Assembly (NCBI GenBank): GCA_002363095.1
Contig: DEWC01000111.1
Coordinates: 5,165 to 69,164, forward strand
Direction of reading: 5' to 3'
Origin: Ruminococcaceae bacterium UBA3220
GTDB lineage: Bacteria > Bacillota > Clostridia > Oscillospirales > Acutalibacteraceae
Length of the DNA: 64,000 nucleotides
Shown here: piece after piece, positions 18,704 through 27,381 of the stretch
Layout of the letters: the number at the start of each line of letters is the position of its first letter
Numbering within the stretch: the first letter of the stretch is position 1
Notes under the pieces: model-generated
Databases searched by the model: none
The model's input: only the letters and a program-made list of their open reading frames with translations
Told to the model about the DNA's origin: nothing
Translations under genes and position numbers: made by a program

Positions 18704-20872
18704 TTATTTTTTCTTGAATTCAAGTATCACTGATTTATATTCACGGTCGTTTATGTAGTGAATGCCTTTGTTCATAAGGTAATCTCCGCCGTAAAGCTTG
18801 CCATTACATTCATAAACCGCCGTTTCGTCAAGTCCTGCAAGTTTTAAGTATTCATCCTTTGAGGCTACCGTTGAGGTTTTCGGATAAATGCAAACAAGAA
18901 CGGTATTTTTATCCTCCGATACGAATTCGTTTACCGAAACATCGCAGTCAAACGGCGAGCTGATTCGGTAAAGGTCGCCCTTGTGGAAAACTTCACCCAA
19001 ACGGCGATAGTCCTCAACCGCTTTTTTCGCCGTTTTAAGTTCATCTTCGGTGCAATTATTAAGGTCAAGCTCAAATCCGAACTGCCCGGGAATAGCGACA
19101 TTACAGCGCATATCAAAAGGCGTCGTTCTGCCGAGCTGGTGATTAGGGCATGCGGACACATGGCAACCCATCGAGGCGTAAGGGTAGATGAAACTCGTTC
19201 CGTACTGTATCTTAACACGCTCAACCGCGTCGGTATCATCGCTTGTCCATACCTGAGGCATAAACTGCAAAATTCCGCAGTCGAATCTCGCTCCGCCGCT
19301 GGCGCACGCTTCAAAAAGAACATTCGGGAATTTTGCGTTAAGATTTTTAAGTATCGAATAAAGACCCAACATATAGCGGTGCATAACCTCGCCTTGACGT
19401 TCGCTTACCTGAAAAGCAGAGCCTACCTCCGACATACTTCTGTTCATATCCCACTTAACATAGCCGATGTTCGCCTTTTTAAGGATGGCGCCTACGGCGT
19501 TCTCAACATAATCGCAGACATCTTTTCTTGAAAGGTCGAGGGTGTATTGATGCCTTATTTTGCTTGGCATTCTGCCTTTTGTGTGAATTATCCAGTCCGG
19601 ATGTAATTTATAAAGATTACTGTTCGGGCTCACCATTTCGGGTTCAAACCAAAGTCCGAAATTCATCCCTAAATCGTTTATCTTTTTGCAAAGTCCGTCG
19701 ATGCCGTTCGGCAGTATTTCGGGGTTTTCCACCCAATCGCCGAGACCGGTTTTATCGTCGACGCGGTTTCCGAACCAGCCGTCGTCAAGAACCATTGTGT
19801 CAATGCCTATTTTCTTTGCCGTTTTTGCGATGTTCACTATCTTTTCTTCACTTATATCGAAATAAGTCGCTTCCCAGTTGTTGATAAGGGCATAGCGTTC
19901 GATATCACGGAATTTTCCCTTGCAAACACGCTCTCTTATAATCTTGTGGAAAATTCTTGACATTCCCGAGAGTCCCTCGGGAGAATAGGCGAGGATAACT
20001 TCCGGTGAAGAGAAAGATTGTCCGTTTTCGAGAACCCATTCGAACTCACGAGGGTTAATTCCCATATATGCTCTTACGGTGTCATAAGTATTTTTTTCAC
20101 AACCGGCAACAAAGTTACCGCTGTAAACGAAACCGAAGCCGTAGGCGTTGCCTGATAATTCGGTTGTTGTTCTGTCGCAAACGGCAATAAACGGGTTATA
20201 ATAGGAACTGCTGACGCCGGTGCCGCTTTCAACACTGATGTTCCCGCCCTCTATTTTCTGGCGTGTAACAAACCTTTCCCTTGCCCATGAGCCGTCAAGG
20301 TGGATAATATCGCTCTCGCCTGCGCCGAAAAAGTCAACGCTTGCCGAAAGCACCGAACGAATTTGCATTTTTTCGCCCGAGTTTATTATTTTAACGCTTC
20401 TCGTAATGGCGTCAAAGTCCTCAAAAACCGAATAATAAAGCAAAATATCAAGGTTCTTAAGGTCATCGTGCAGGGTTACGACCAATGTTTGAACATTATC
20501 GCCATTTTCGGCATAAACGCTCGGAAGCCCCTCAATGTCAGGCTTTGCGTCAAGGATTTCAAATGATTTAAAGTCCGCTTTGGTAACGCGGCTGCCGTCC
20601 GAAAAACGCGCGCTGAAGGCGCAAATTCTTGAATCGCCGCCACCGTACTGCGGATATTCAAGCGGAATATAGTTGGTCGAATAATCGCCGTAATCAAAAG
20701 CTGAATGAGAACGCCAAACAAAATCGTCCGCCCAGTTTTCATTTATTTCGTTTTTTAACTTTTTGCCCCAGTATATGTGGGTGAGAAGTTTATCTCCAAG
20801 AATGCCGAAAGCATATGTGGTATTTTTGGTCGAAAGGGTGAAAACCTTCGTTTTTTGATTAAAACTTATCAT
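18704..20872 (-). CDS. Alpha-galactosidase, GH36 family
   Basis: 722 aa; NNWEATYFD, LDDGWF, KWDMNR and CASGGARFD blocks typical of GH36 (AgaA/RafA-like). Confidence 0.88.
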   Translation of the reverse strand: MISFNQKTKVFTLSTKNTTYAFGILGDKLLTHIYWGKKLKNEINENWADDFVWRSHSAFDYGDYSTNYIPLEYPQYGGGDSRICAFSARFSDGSRVTKADFKSFEILDAKPDIEGLPSVYAENGDNVQTLVVTLHDDLKNLDILLYYSVFEDFDAITRSVKIINSGEKMQIRSVLSASVDFFGAGESDIIHLDGSWARERFVTRQKIEGGNISVESGTGVSSSYYNPFIAVCDRTTTELSGNAYGFGFVYSGNFVAGCEKNTYDTVRAYMGINPREFEWVLENGQSFSSPEVILAYSPEGLSGMSRIFHKIIRERVCKGKFRDIERYALINNWEATYFDISEEKIVNIAKTAKKIGIDTMVLDDGWFGNRVDDKTGLGDWVENPEILPNGIDGLCKKINDLGMNFGLWFEPEMVSPNSNLYKLHPDWIIHTKGRMPSKIRHQYTLDLSRKDVCDYVENAVGAILKKANIGYVKWDMNRSMSEVGSAFQVSERQGEVMHRYMLGLYSILKNLNAKFPNVLFEACASGGARFDCGILQFMPQVWTSDDTDAVERVKIQYGTSFIYPYASMGCHVSACPNHQLGRTTPFDMRCNVAIPGQFGFELDLNNCTEDELKTAKKAVEDYRRLGEVFHKGDLYRISSPFDCDVSVNEFVSEDKNTVLVCIYPKTSTVASKDEYLKLAGLDETAVYECNGKLYGGDYLMNKGIHYINDREYKSVILEFKKK

Positions 20873-21702
20873 TTTTTTCTCCTTGCTTTTAACGATTTCA
20901 TTGTCGGTTTTATGAGTAGTGCAATTTTGTGTTTTATAAATTTGTAAACGCGGACAGGCACCGGGGTTTTGAAGCGGCGATAGGTTTCCCTAAGCATACG
21001 GCTTGCCCTGTTTACGCATTCGTAAAAGGAATTTATCGAGATTTGCTCAGAAGGTTTATGCTCGTTTTTGTAGCCGATGCTCACATTGACCCCGGCTGCC
21101 TTCCGGCAGATATAAAATATATCCGACCCACCGGATAACGGCGATTTTTTGTATCCGAAAGAAGATACAAAATCTTCAAACGCCTTCGGGTTGCTGACGG
21201 CGTGGAACATGTATTCATCTCTGCCCCATAAATCAAAACTTAAAACAAAACAATGCTCGTTTATTATCTTCATCATTTTTTTGTCGTGATAGATAAATGA
21301 AGCGCCGATATGACTGTTTTCTTCGCCGTCGATAAGCAAAAGCGAATGCCCGCTTTCCCTTAAAAGCCATAAGGCGGCACAACCTGCGCGGTCGTCGGCG
21401 CCGATGCCGACGGTTTCGCTTGCTGAAATAATTTTATCGTCAACGATTTTTAAGTCCGAGGAAACGGATTTTTTTATGTATTGCCCGTCCCAGACCGTGT
21501 CGGTATGGGCAACAAGCAAAACACGGTTTTTCTTTTTGCCGGGTATAAAAAGGTATCTTTGATTAGGCTTTTTGCCCTTAACATACTTCGCACCCTCAAG
21601 AACGGAAAATTCCGAAAAAATTTCGTCCGAGCCGGAAATCGGGAAACCTAAAAACTTAATAAGCGCCGATTTGCAGGTCTCTTTGTCAAAAAAAATATCC
21701 AT
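20869..21702 (-). CDS. Zinc metallopeptidase-like hydrolase (M20/M28/M42-type ligand pattern)
   Basis: VAHTDTV, GADDRAG, IDGEE and NEHKP give a His/Asp/Glu-Glu/His pattern; ATGA overlap with the downstream gene. Confidence 0.6.
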   Translation of the reverse strand: MDIFFDKETCKSALIKFLGFPISGSDEIFSEFSVLEGAKYVKGKKPNQRYLFIPGKKKNRVLLVAHTDTVWDGQYIKKSVSSDLKIVDDKIISASETVGIGADDRAGCAALWLLRESGHSLLLIDGEENSHIGASFIYHDKKMMKIINEHCFVLSFDLWGRDEYMFHAVSNPKAFEDFVSSFGYKKSPLSGGSDIFYICRKAAGVNVSIGYKNEHKPSEQISINSFYECVNRASRMLRETYRRFKTPVPVRVYKFIKHKIALLIKPTMKSLKARRKK

Positions 21703-21711
21703 AGCGCGTTT

Positions 21712-22638
21712 TCAGTCAAAAAGCGGGGTCGAAAAATATCTTTCGGCGGTGTCGGGTAGAACCGTAACCACGGTTTTGCCCTTGCCGAGTTTTTTCGCAA
21801 GTTTAATTGCGGCGGCAACATTTGTGCCGCTGCTTATTCCGCACATAATGCCCTCTTTTGAAGCCAAATCTTTTGATGTGTTTATCGCTTCGTCGTCGGT
21901 TATAATGCAAATATCATTATAAATCTCTTGATTTAATATTTCGGGAATGACCCCATCGCCTATACCCATTTGAATATGCGTACCAATTGAACCGCCCGAA
22001 AGTATCGCGGCGTTTTCGGGCTCAACCGACCAGATTATCATATCGGGATTTTTTTCTTTAAGCGCTTCGCCGATACCGGTTATGGTACCGCCGGTACCTA
22101 TCCCCGAACAAAAGCCGTGAATAGGCATGTTTAAATCCTCAAGGATTTCTTTTGCCGTAACATTCCTTTGAATTTCGGGATTTGCCGGGTTTTCAAACTG
22201 TTGCGGAACAAAAACATTTTTATCCTCCGCCTTCATTTTAAGGGCGGTCTCAACGCATTTTTCGATGCATTCACCAATGTTGCCGTTGTCGTGCACCAAA
22301 ATCACTTCGGCGCCGTAGTGATTAACAAGTTTTCGCCTTTCTTCGCTTACCGAATCGGGCATAATTATCTTAACCTTTAAGCCCTTAACAGCGCCCACAA
22401 GCGCAAGACCGATACCCTGATTCCCGCTCGTAGGTTCTACAACTACCGTATCTTTATGAATCAGTCCTTTTTTTTCGGCATCAAGTATCATATTGTAAGC
22501 CGTTCTCGTCTTTATAGAACCTCCGACATTGAGTCCTTCAAACTTAACATAAATATCGGCACAGTCGCTGTCAACCATATGATTAAGTTTTATAAGCGGT
22601 GTGTTACCCATCGCCTCTAAAATGTTGTTGAAAACCAT
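21712..22638 (-). CDS. cysK: Cysteine synthase / O-acetylserine sulfhydrylase family (PLP)
   Basis: 308 aa; GNTPLIKLN, GGSIKTR (PLP lysine region), PTSGNQG, GIGTGGTITG. Confidence 0.85.
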   Translation of the reverse strand: MVFNNILEAMGNTPLIKLNHMVDSDCADIYVKFEGLNVGGSIKTRTAYNMILDAEKKGLIHKDTVVVEPTSGNQGIGLALVGAVKGLKVKIIMPDSVSEERRKLVNHYGAEVILVHDNGNIGECIEKCVETALKMKAEDKNVFVPQQFENPANPEIQRNVTAKEILEDLNMPIHGFCSGIGTGGTITGIGEALKEKNPDMIIWSVEPENAAILSGGSIGTHIQMGIGDGVIPEILNQEIYNDICIITDDEAINTSKDLASKEGIMCGISSGTNVAAAIKLAKKLGKGKTVVTVLPDTAERYFSTPLFD

Positions 22639-22682
22639 TATTTGTCCCTCAAATACACAATTATATATACAGTATTATGATA

Positions 22683-22711
22683 ATTATATAAGGTTTGTTA
22701 CAAATTGTCAA
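22683..22711 (-). promoter_or_regulatory. Sigma-A type promoter of cysK (TTGACA-17-TATAAT on minus strand)
   Basis: The minus strand reads TTGACAATTTGTAACAAACCTTATATAAT; about 45 nt upstream of the cysK ATG, leaving no room for a riboswitch or T-box. Confidence 0.6.
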
Positions 22712-22716
22712 CATAT

Positions 22717-22747
22717 CAGATGGCAGATGACAGACATCAGACATCAG
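22717..22747 (+). repeat. Array of five phased heptamers, CAG-N4 (CAGAY)
   Basis: CAG at 22717, 22724, 22731, 22738, 22745: atCAGAT ggCAGAT gaCAGAC atCAGAC atCAGAC. Confidence 0.9.
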
Positions 22748-22802
22748 ACGATAAAACATTATTGACCTTTTCCTTTAAAATCTGAAATCTGACATCCGGT
22801 TC

Positions 22803-22871
22803 GTAGGGGCAGATATTATCTGCCCGCCAAAATAGCAGAAGAATAAACGGGCGGATGATATCCGCCCCTAC
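22803..22871. repeat. REPIN-like inverted doublet of GTAG-headed GC-rich palindromes
   Basis: GTAGGGGCAGATATTATCTGCCC (22803-22825) versus rc of 22849-22871, GTAGGGGCGGATATCATCCGCCC; 20/23 identical; 23-nt spacer. Confidence 0.8.
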
Positions 22872-22876
22872 GATGT

Positions 22877-22907
22877 TAGACAATAGATGATAGATTCTAG
22901 ACGATAG
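22877..22907 (+). repeat. Array of five phased heptamers, TAG-N4 (TAGAY)
   Basis: TAG at 22877, 22884, 22891, 22898, 22905: gtTAGAC aaTAGAT gaTAGAT tcTAGAC gaTAGAC. Confidence 0.9.
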
Positions 22908-22950
22908 ACCATTGTGTCGGCAAAGCCGACGGATTATAAAACGGACAATC

Positions 22951-23056
22951 GGGGACGTTTGTCCCTACAACAAGGCAATAATGCTTTCGCGCGTAGCGAT
23001 TTATAAATGCGCCGCAGGCACCAAAATTATTCATTATTCATTCCTTCATTATTCAT
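22951..23056. repeat. Modular intergenic repeat unit, copy A (CTAC-palindrome, 40-nt core, ACC, ATTATTC heptamers)
   Basis: GGGGACGTTTGTCCCTAC, then core AACAAGGCAATAATGCTTTCGCGCGTAGCGATTTATAAAT (near-identical to 39324-39364), then ATTATTC repeats at 23026-23054. Confidence 0.8.
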
Positions 23057-23095
23057 TTGAAAAGCGCCCCGGCGTTTGCGTTTTCTTTTCCCCGA

Positions 23096-23124
23096 TTGAA
23101 ACTTCGGCTCGGATGTGGTAAAAT
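23096..23124 (+). promoter_or_regulatory. Candidate promoter for the 23152 gene (TTGAAA-17-TAAAAT, TG-extended)
   Basis: TTGAAA 23096-23101; TGGTAAAAT ending at 23124. Confidence 0.4.
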
Positions 23125-23151
23125 TAATAATAAAAATTCGCGGAGGATATT

Positions 23152-23955
23152 ATGGAAAAGTTTGATTTTGCCCTTTCGATAGGGGAGAAACGGTTTATCG
23201 GGGAAAAAGGCTTTGAGGAAATGAAAAAATCCGGGATAAAGGGAATAGAACTTTCATTCGGTGATTATACCGATTTTGATTATAAAGCGGTAAAAGCCCT
23301 TTCCGATAATTGCGGGATTGAGATTTGGTCGCTTCATTTGCCCTTTATGCCGTTTGAGGAAATCGATATTTCCTTTTCAAACAAGGCCAAGCGTGAAAGC
23401 ACGGTAAAAATGCTTACCGGGATAATGGAAAGGGCGTTTGATATCGGTATTGACAGATTTGTTATCCACGCAAGCGGTGAGCCGGTGCTTCCTGATGTAA
23501 GGAGCGAGCGGCTTAAATGCAGTATGGACTCGCTTTTTGTTCTTTCGGAGTTCGCGAAAAAGGCAAATTCCGCCGTCGCCGTTGAAAATCTGCCGAGAAC
23601 CTGCCTTGGCAATTGCTCGGATGAAATAAATCTTTTGACCGGTGTAAACGATAACCTGACGGTTTGCTTTGATACCAATCACCTTTTTAAGCAGACCCAT
23701 ACCGAATTTGTCGGCAGTTTGAAAAAGAAAATCGGGACCGTGCATATTTCCGATTATGATTTTGAAAAAGAACGGCACTGGCTGCCGAAGGTCGGAAAGG
23801 TCGACTGGCAGGAGATTGTCGGGCTGTTAAACGGCGCAGGTTATGTAGGACCGTGGCTGTATGAGGTTTCTTTCCTTCAAAAAACAGCGGATGCAGAAAA
23901 ACATCTTGTCTTTTCCGATTTTGCCGAAAACTACCGCGAATTAAAGCTAAAATAA
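23152..23955 (+). CDS. Sugar phosphate isomerase/epimerase (xylose-isomerase-like TIM barrel)
   Basis: 267 aa; pattern IELSF...HLPF...VIHA...AVENL...DTNH typical of the AP-endonuclease-2/TIM family. Confidence 0.7.
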   Translation: MEKFDFALSIGEKRFIGEKGFEEMKKSGIKGIELSFGDYTDFDYKAVKALSDNCGIEIWSLHLPFMPFEEIDISFSNKAKRESTVKMLTGIMERAFDIGIDRFVIHASGEPVLPDVRSERLKCSMDSLFVLSEFAKKANSAVAVENLPRTCLGNCSDEINLLTGVNDNLTVCFDTNHLFKQTHTEFVGSLKKKIGTVHISDYDFEKERHWLPKVGKVDWQEIVGLLNGAGYVGPWLYEVSFLQKTADAEKHLVFSDFAENYRELKLK

Positions 23956-23992
23956 AAATTTCTCCGGGAAGTGATTTCCCGGAGATTTTCTT

Positions 23993-25471
23993 TTACAGAA
24001 TTATGCAAACAAGCCCGTTACAGCCGTCGTTAATTACCCGTTCTATTGTTTCCTTTATTCGCATTCGCGCGTCGTCGGGCATTCTTGAAAGTTTAGAATG
24101 AAGTCCCTCGTTTACGAGCTCGTGGAGCGATTTGCCGAAAATGTTCGAGTCCCAAATCTTTTCGGGATTTTCCTCAAATTCCGATAAAAGATACATAACA
24201 AGGTCCTCGGACTGTTTTTCACTTCCGACGATAGGGCTTACCTCGGTTGTTATATCCGCCTTCATAAGGTGGATTGACGGAGCCGCCGCGCGAAGGCGTA
24301 CGCCGTATCTTCCGCCCTGCTTTACGATTTCCGGCTCTTGGAGTGAAAGCTCGCTTATATCGGGCATAACGATACCGTAGCCGGTTGCCTCAACCTCATC
24401 GAGAGCGTTTTTGATTTTTTCGTAGCGTTTCTTTACTTCGGTGAGTTCTTTAATGCTTTGCATAAGTTCCTGCTCATTTGAAATATCAATGCCGGCGGTT
24501 TCTTTAAGCACATCATAGAACAGTTCCTTTTTTACCGTTATCGTAACATTTGCTTTTCCGCATCCGAGGTCGATGTTATCAACGCTTGTTTTTTCAATAA
24601 TATCTCCGTCTGCCGCGGCGTTGCCGAAAACCTCAACATCTGTTATCCTCGCAATTCCGTTTGCCGAAGCCCTTACAACCTCGTTTATTCCGTTTCGGAT
24701 ATTATGGTCAAACGGCAGGGCGTTTATCCATTTCGGGAAGGCGATATCTATTTCCTTAACAGGAAATTCAAAAAGAATTTTTGAAAGAATGTTCTTTATA
24801 TCATCGGTCGTTATTTGCGGACAGCTGACGGCGATAACCGGCACCGAATACTTTTCTTCAAGTTCTTTTGCGAGCGAAACGGCGCTCTCGCTTTCGGGGG
24901 CAAGGCAGTTAAGCAGAATAACAAAAGGTTTATTTGTTGCCTTTATATCCTCTATTATTCTTTGCTCCGGCTCCTCGTAATCCTCACGGGGAATATCGCT
25001 TATCGAGCCGTCGGTTGTTACTACAAGACCTATTGTTGAATGCTCACTTATAACCTTTTTTGTGCCTATTTCCGCCGCCATATCGAACGGCACCGGCTCT
25101 TCAAACCACGGAGTTCTGACCATTCTCGGCTGTTCGTTTTCGATATAACCGAGCGCGCTCGGAACGATGTATCCGACGCAGTCTACAAGCCGAACATTCA
25201 TAGAGGCGTTGTCTTCGATGTTTACGGCAACACCTTTTTCGGGTACAAACTTAGGCTCGGTAGTCATAATCGTCCGCCCGGCAGAGGACTGGGGCAGCTC
25301 GTCGTTTGCCCGCTCTTTACTGTATTCTTCGCTTATATTAGGCAAGACCATAGTCTCCATAAAACGCTTTATGAATGTTGATTTTCCCGTCCTGACGGGG
25401 CCTACAACACCTATGTATATATCTCCGCCGGTTCTTTGTGCTATGTCCTTATAAATGTTTTGACTATACAT
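23993..25471 (-). CDS. spoIVA: Stage IV sporulation protein A
   Basis: 492 aa; IYKDIAQRTGGDIYIGVVGPVRTGKSTFIKRFME N-terminus with Walker A is diagnostic. Confidence 0.93.
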   Translation of the reverse strand: MYSQNIYKDIAQRTGGDIYIGVVGPVRTGKSTFIKRFMETMVLPNISEEYSKERANDELPQSSAGRTIMTTEPKFVPEKGVAVNIEDNASMNVRLVDCVGYIVPSALGYIENEQPRMVRTPWFEEPVPFDMAAEIGTKKVISEHSTIGLVVTTDGSISDIPREDYEEPEQRIIEDIKATNKPFVILLNCLAPESESAVSLAKELEEKYSVPVIAVSCPQITTDDIKNILSKILFEFPVKEIDIAFPKWINALPFDHNIRNGINEVVRASANGIARITDVEVFGNAAADGDIIEKTSVDNIDLGCGKANVTITVKKELFYDVLKETAGIDISNEQELMQSIKELTEVKKRYEKIKNALDEVEATGYGIVMPDISELSLQEPEIVKQGGRYGVRLRAAAPSIHLMKADITTEVSPIVGSEKQSEDLVMYLLSEFEENPEKIWDSNIFGKSLHELVNEGLHSKLSRMPDDARMRIKETIERVINDGCNGLVCIIL

Positions 25472-25532
25472 AAAAAAGCTCCCTCATATTCATTTGCTAA
25501 TAAATGATATGAGGAAGTCTTTTCTTTTATTC

Positions 25533-26588
25533 CTAAACAAACAAATAAACCGTATCCCAAGCGGGAACAGAGGGGAAATGCCGCATATAAATCTTATAAT
25601 CGCTTCGCAACTTCATAACCGCTTCGGGAATTTTAAATAGGTCGTCGCTTCTGTGGTAGCAGGATATCATCATTTTAGGTTTGTTCGTTTTGATGATGTT
25701 CCCGGCGCCCTCCAAAAAATCACATTCGGCGCCCTCAATATCTGCTTTTATGTAGGTTACCCGGTTGTCTTTTATAATATCGTCTGCCGTAAGATATGCG
25801 ACCGCCATATTTCCACGGGAATTATTAGAGCCGCGCGAGCCGTTCATACTGAAAGTTCCCACACGGCTTTCGTTTGAAACGCAGGCGTTAATACATTCGA
25901 TGTTCCTAATATCCTTTGTTGTCTCTTTGAGTTTAAGAAAGGTTTTGTTATCCGGCTCAACAGCGTAAATCTTCTTATAGGCGGGGGCATATTTCAAAAA
26001 CTCCAAAACCGTGTCGCCCCTATACGCTCCGAGGTCGAGATAAACCTCGTTTTCTCCCAATTTGAGAATATCGGTAAATGCGTTTTCAAGGCTTGTTTCA
26101 CAGTCGAAAAGGTAGTCCGTATCACCTGAGATTTTGAAGTTTACGATATTTTTAAAGGTCTTTTTTGAGGTTTCGTCGGCAAGCATATCATAAACCGCTT
26201 CGTGCCTTTTATAGGTCGATTTAAAGAAGGCGCGGTCAAAAAGAATATCTCCGTAAACGGGAACATCGGGAGCGAAAAGAATATGCTTCTGTTTTATTTT
26301 TTTTACATTCCCGATAACCTCGGGTCTTGATGAGCCGAAGCACATAAGAACCGTAAGTTTTCCGTATTTTTCTTCGAGCGCGCCAAGGGTAAGAACCGGA
26401 AATCCGTGAAATGTTTTGCCCTTTCTTTCAAAAGAATCGGACGAAAAAACGCCGACAAAAGATATTCCCTTATCCGCCAAAACTTTTATTATTTTATCGG
26501 CGCCGTTGCCGATACCGTAAAGCACGACGGGCAGGCGTGAGGCTTTAAGATTTTCCCATAAATCAGGGTTTTTCAGCAAGTTTTCCAT
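25533..26588 (-). CDS. FkbM-family methyltransferase-like protein
   Basis: ATG 26588 (MENLLKNPDLW) after AAGGAA; YLDLGAYRGDT SAM-binding-like block and IKADIEGAE block. Confidence 0.6.
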   Translation of the reverse strand: MENLLKNPDLWENLKASRLPVVLYGIGNGADKIIKVLADKGISFVGVFSSDSFERKGKTFHGFPVLTLGALEEKYGKLTVLMCFGSSRPEVIGNVKKIKQKHILFAPDVPVYGDILFDRAFFKSTYKRHEAVYDMLADETSKKTFKNIVNFKISGDTDYLFDCETSLENAFTDILKLGENEVYLDLGAYRGDTVLEFLKYAPAYKKIYAVEPDNKTFLKLKETTKDIRNIECINACVSNESRVGTFSMNGSRGSNNSRGNMAVAYLTADDIIKDNRVTYIKADIEGAECDFLEGAGNIIKTNKPKMMISCYHRSDDLFKIPEAVMKLRSDYKIYMRHFPSVPAWDTVYLFV

Positions 26589-27237
26589 CTTTTTCCTTTG
26601 AAGCGCCGGCATAGAAGAATACAAGCGCCGCCGAAATTAAGAGGCTTGCGATTATATCGGTAAGCCAGTGATATCCGCTTAAAAGTCTGCCGGTAATTCC
26701 GAGGGCGGTGAAGCAGGAAGCAACAGCCCAAACGGTTATTTGAAGTGCCTTTTTGCCTTTAAGAAGTCTTGAAACGGTTATCGCCGCGGTGATGATTATG
26801 GTGGTAATAAGAAGAGTGTGTGAGGAGGGGAAGGAAGCCTCGGCTCTTGTGTCGCCCTCAAGAATTATCGGGCGATAGTTTATGATGACCTTTTCGAAAA
26901 CAACATAAATTCCGCCCAAAATCACATAAAGAAAGCCGAGGGCGTATATGTAGCGGTCTACCTTGCGAAAACTTCTGCGCTTTAAAAGGACAATACCGCC
27001 GTAAAACATAAACAAAAGCCCGAAAACGATGGAGGCAATCCCCATTTTATTTGTGAGTTCATACCAGAAATCACTTGTTCCAGTCAGTTTGTGAAAGGCG
27101 GCGTTTACCGTTAAAAGCCCCATTTTTTCGCCCGTCTTTTCCCATACGCCGACATCAACCGTTTTTACAAGAACGGCAAATATAACAGACAGTACGGCAA
27201 AAACAGAACCGCAAATATAATAACTTTTTTTAGGCAT
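26563..27237 (-). CDS. PAP2-family membrane phosphatase
   Basis: Start MPKKSYY at 27237; FPSSHT and SGYHWLTD match PAP2 motifs PSGH and SRx5Hx3D; several TM helices. Confidence 0.8.
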   Translation of the reverse strand: MPKKSYYICGSVFAVLSVIFAVLVKTVDVGVWEKTGEKMGLLTVNAAFHKLTGTSDFWYELTNKMGIASIVFGLLFMFYGGIVLLKRRSFRKVDRYIYALGFLYVILGGIYVVFEKVIINYRPIILEGDTRAEASFPSSHTLLITTIIITAAITVSRLLKGKKALQITVWAVASCFTALGITGRLLSGYHWLTDIIASLLISAALVFFYAGASKEKDGKLAEKP

Positions 27238-27381
27238 ATTATCACTCCGAAAAATTGTTACGATTATTAATATATCACATACACGGTCAAATTTCAAGTT
27301 TTGCGGAAAACGACCGTAAAAAATGTTGTAAATATAAATTTAAAGTGATATAATTGTATAGTTATTGGGAAGGTGTAAAAA

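Noticed and set aside
22717-23056. Possible CRISPR array, because of the regularly spaced short repeats
   Set aside because: The units are 7 nt, directly abutting, with no unique spacers. CRISPR repeats are 23-50 nt with spacers of similar size, and no cas genes are present.
22912-23121. 69-aa ORF in the track, spanning the repeat region
   Set aside because: It lies entirely within hairpins and heptamer repeats, has no RBS, and its peptide is repeat-derived low complexity.
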